From NCBI GenBank assembly GCA_032718475.1, contig JAUCBJ010007163.1:1-64000 (forward strand): DNA of 64,000 nucleotides, in the 5' to 3' direction. The notes below the pieces were generated by a model. The model saw only the letters and a list, made by a program, of their open reading frames with translations. It was not told where the DNA came from and did not search any database. Every line of letters starts with the position of its first letter. Position 1 is the first letter of the stretch. A program made the translations under genes and the position numbers. Shown in pieces: positions 62,501 to 64,000 of the stretch. The stretch is from Nemertoderma westbladi (lineage: Eukaryota > Animalia > Xenacoelomorpha).

Positions 62501-63689
62501 CATACCGTATATTAAATAATACATATAGTAGCGTGATGTCCCTTTAACAGTAGCGTATAACGCAAAATAAATCTGTTAAACCCTTTGACCATCTGCAATT
62601 CTAGTCGATTAAGATATCGCGGCACCCACCGATATACTTGAAAGACAAATTTCTAGAATCAGTGGTTAACGTCCCCAGACAAGTTCTGGAATAAACTGGT
62701 GCCCATCCTAAATATTAATTATTAATATTTACAAAATCTGTCAAAATTTAGATCCTTTGAAATTCTAGTCGATTAAGATATCGTAGCACTTACCGATACT
62801 CTTAAAAAAGACAAATTTCCTAGAATCAAGGATCCCAGTCCCCAGACATGTTCTGGAATAAAATTGTGTCTATTTAACATTAAATAATAAAATTTACGGG
62901 AATAAATTTAAATTCATATTTTAATGAATTCCATAAATTGTCATTTTGTACAATTTATAACATTCCCAAAATTCCTTTAATTAATAGATCATGGGAGCGG
63001 AGATTCACCCTATTAAGTGTATTAGTGTGCGAGAATCTCCAATATAAAGTCAATAGCCGATAAAATTCATAAAATCATATATAAAGAGGATATTGGCCAT
63101 TAAAGACTTACTATTAATTAGCATCCCAGATCTGTATGCATGAGAATTACCCTAATTCTACCGCTAGCTTTCCATAATGTCACCATGGCAACAACCACGC
63201 TAGAATTAGAAGTGAGTTAAAAAGAACAATAGAAGGCTTGCCCCATTGCATGGCATAAGGAATAAATAGCGCACTGTTAGTATCCAAGGATACATAATAA
63301 TAAAGTGACATTCTGGAAGGCACTGACTAACGGACAAATGGCCCGAATGTGTACCGTTTGTAACAGTTGTGTTGAATTTGTGCGTTTATAGGTGAATGTT
63401 GCTACTAATGTGTGTTTACAGTAGCGAGTCGCAATTGTGAAAGTAGCCCTAACTCTCCAGAAAGAACCTGAAGTACATCTAAGCCTTTGGGACGGACAGT
63501 GGAGTGACTTGTGCCGGTTATCGTTGTCATTGTCTAGCTACATCGTTGGCGAAAACACAGCGACGACGGTACATCGGCGCTGAGGATCTTACACTGTCCG
63601 GGGGCAAAAGAGGGGTAGGCAGCGACGCCCGCTAGCCTAAAATATAAACTCATTATAATATTGATAGACTCATATAGCAGATATGACTT

Positions 63690-64000
63690 ATATTTAGTGA
63701 TTATTCAGTAGATTAGTGCAATATATATTCGTGTTTATTACTTAATTATTTTGCATTATATATTTCATTTAACGGCGAGAAACAATTCATTTTCTCTTTC
63801 CTTACTGTCCGTATCATATTATAAATACGTGACTACAGTAAGATGAAATGTCCGTACTTATTAAAAAGTACAATATACCGCCCCTACTATACTCAAGTAT
63901 TATTGGTAAGTAGAGTATTAGGAATGCAAAGTTCAGATCCTCGTGTCTCGGCTAAACCAAGCTCTGGGTAGACCTTGGAAACGATTTGCCTCTTCTCACT
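63690..64000 (+). repeat. Diverged second copy of the 3' non-coding unit starting ~62166
   Basis: TATTTAG.GATTATT.AGTAGATTAGTGCAATATATATTCG restarts right after the accessory-ORF ATG (~63682). Period about 1.52 kb. Confidence 0.85.

Larger units (their letters stand above)
47950..64000 (+). mobile_element. BEL/Pao family copy D: most complete gag-pol; runs off the window
   Basis: LTR starts TGTAAAAGCTTTTGCG at 47950; its 3' end and the proximal leader are deleted near 49070. Gag, PR, RT, RH and IN follow in BEL order, then a 3' non-coding region collinear with copy A. Confidence 0.93.

Overview
Animal (probably invertebrate) nuclear DNA dominated by nested transposons. Host sequence is limited to the 3' coding part of an RWDD2-like gene, an intronless DMAC2/ATP5SL-like gene and the last exon of a Ly6/quiver-like gene. 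Mobile DNA: an Academ transposon inside a TTAA-flanked MITE, four related copies of one BEL/Pao LTR family (A 9930-23813 minus; B ~30708-38686, C 40023-47949 and D 47950-end, all plus), a truncated gag of a second BEL/Pao family, an intact young Mag-like Gypsy element, and L2-, CR1/Crack- and RTE-like LINEs. The most unusual system is the A-D family. It has ~1.2 kb LTRs with no tRNA primer-binding site, where U5 base-pairs across the LTR end. Its leader and 3' non-coding regions are long and contain strongly conserved structured blocks. In the env position it carries an accessory gene, reconstructable from complementary deletions in A and B, that appears to encode a DEDDy (WRN/RNase D-like) 3'-5' exonuclease plus three CCHC zinc fingers. 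All calls come from reading the sequence by eye; no searches or folding programs were run.
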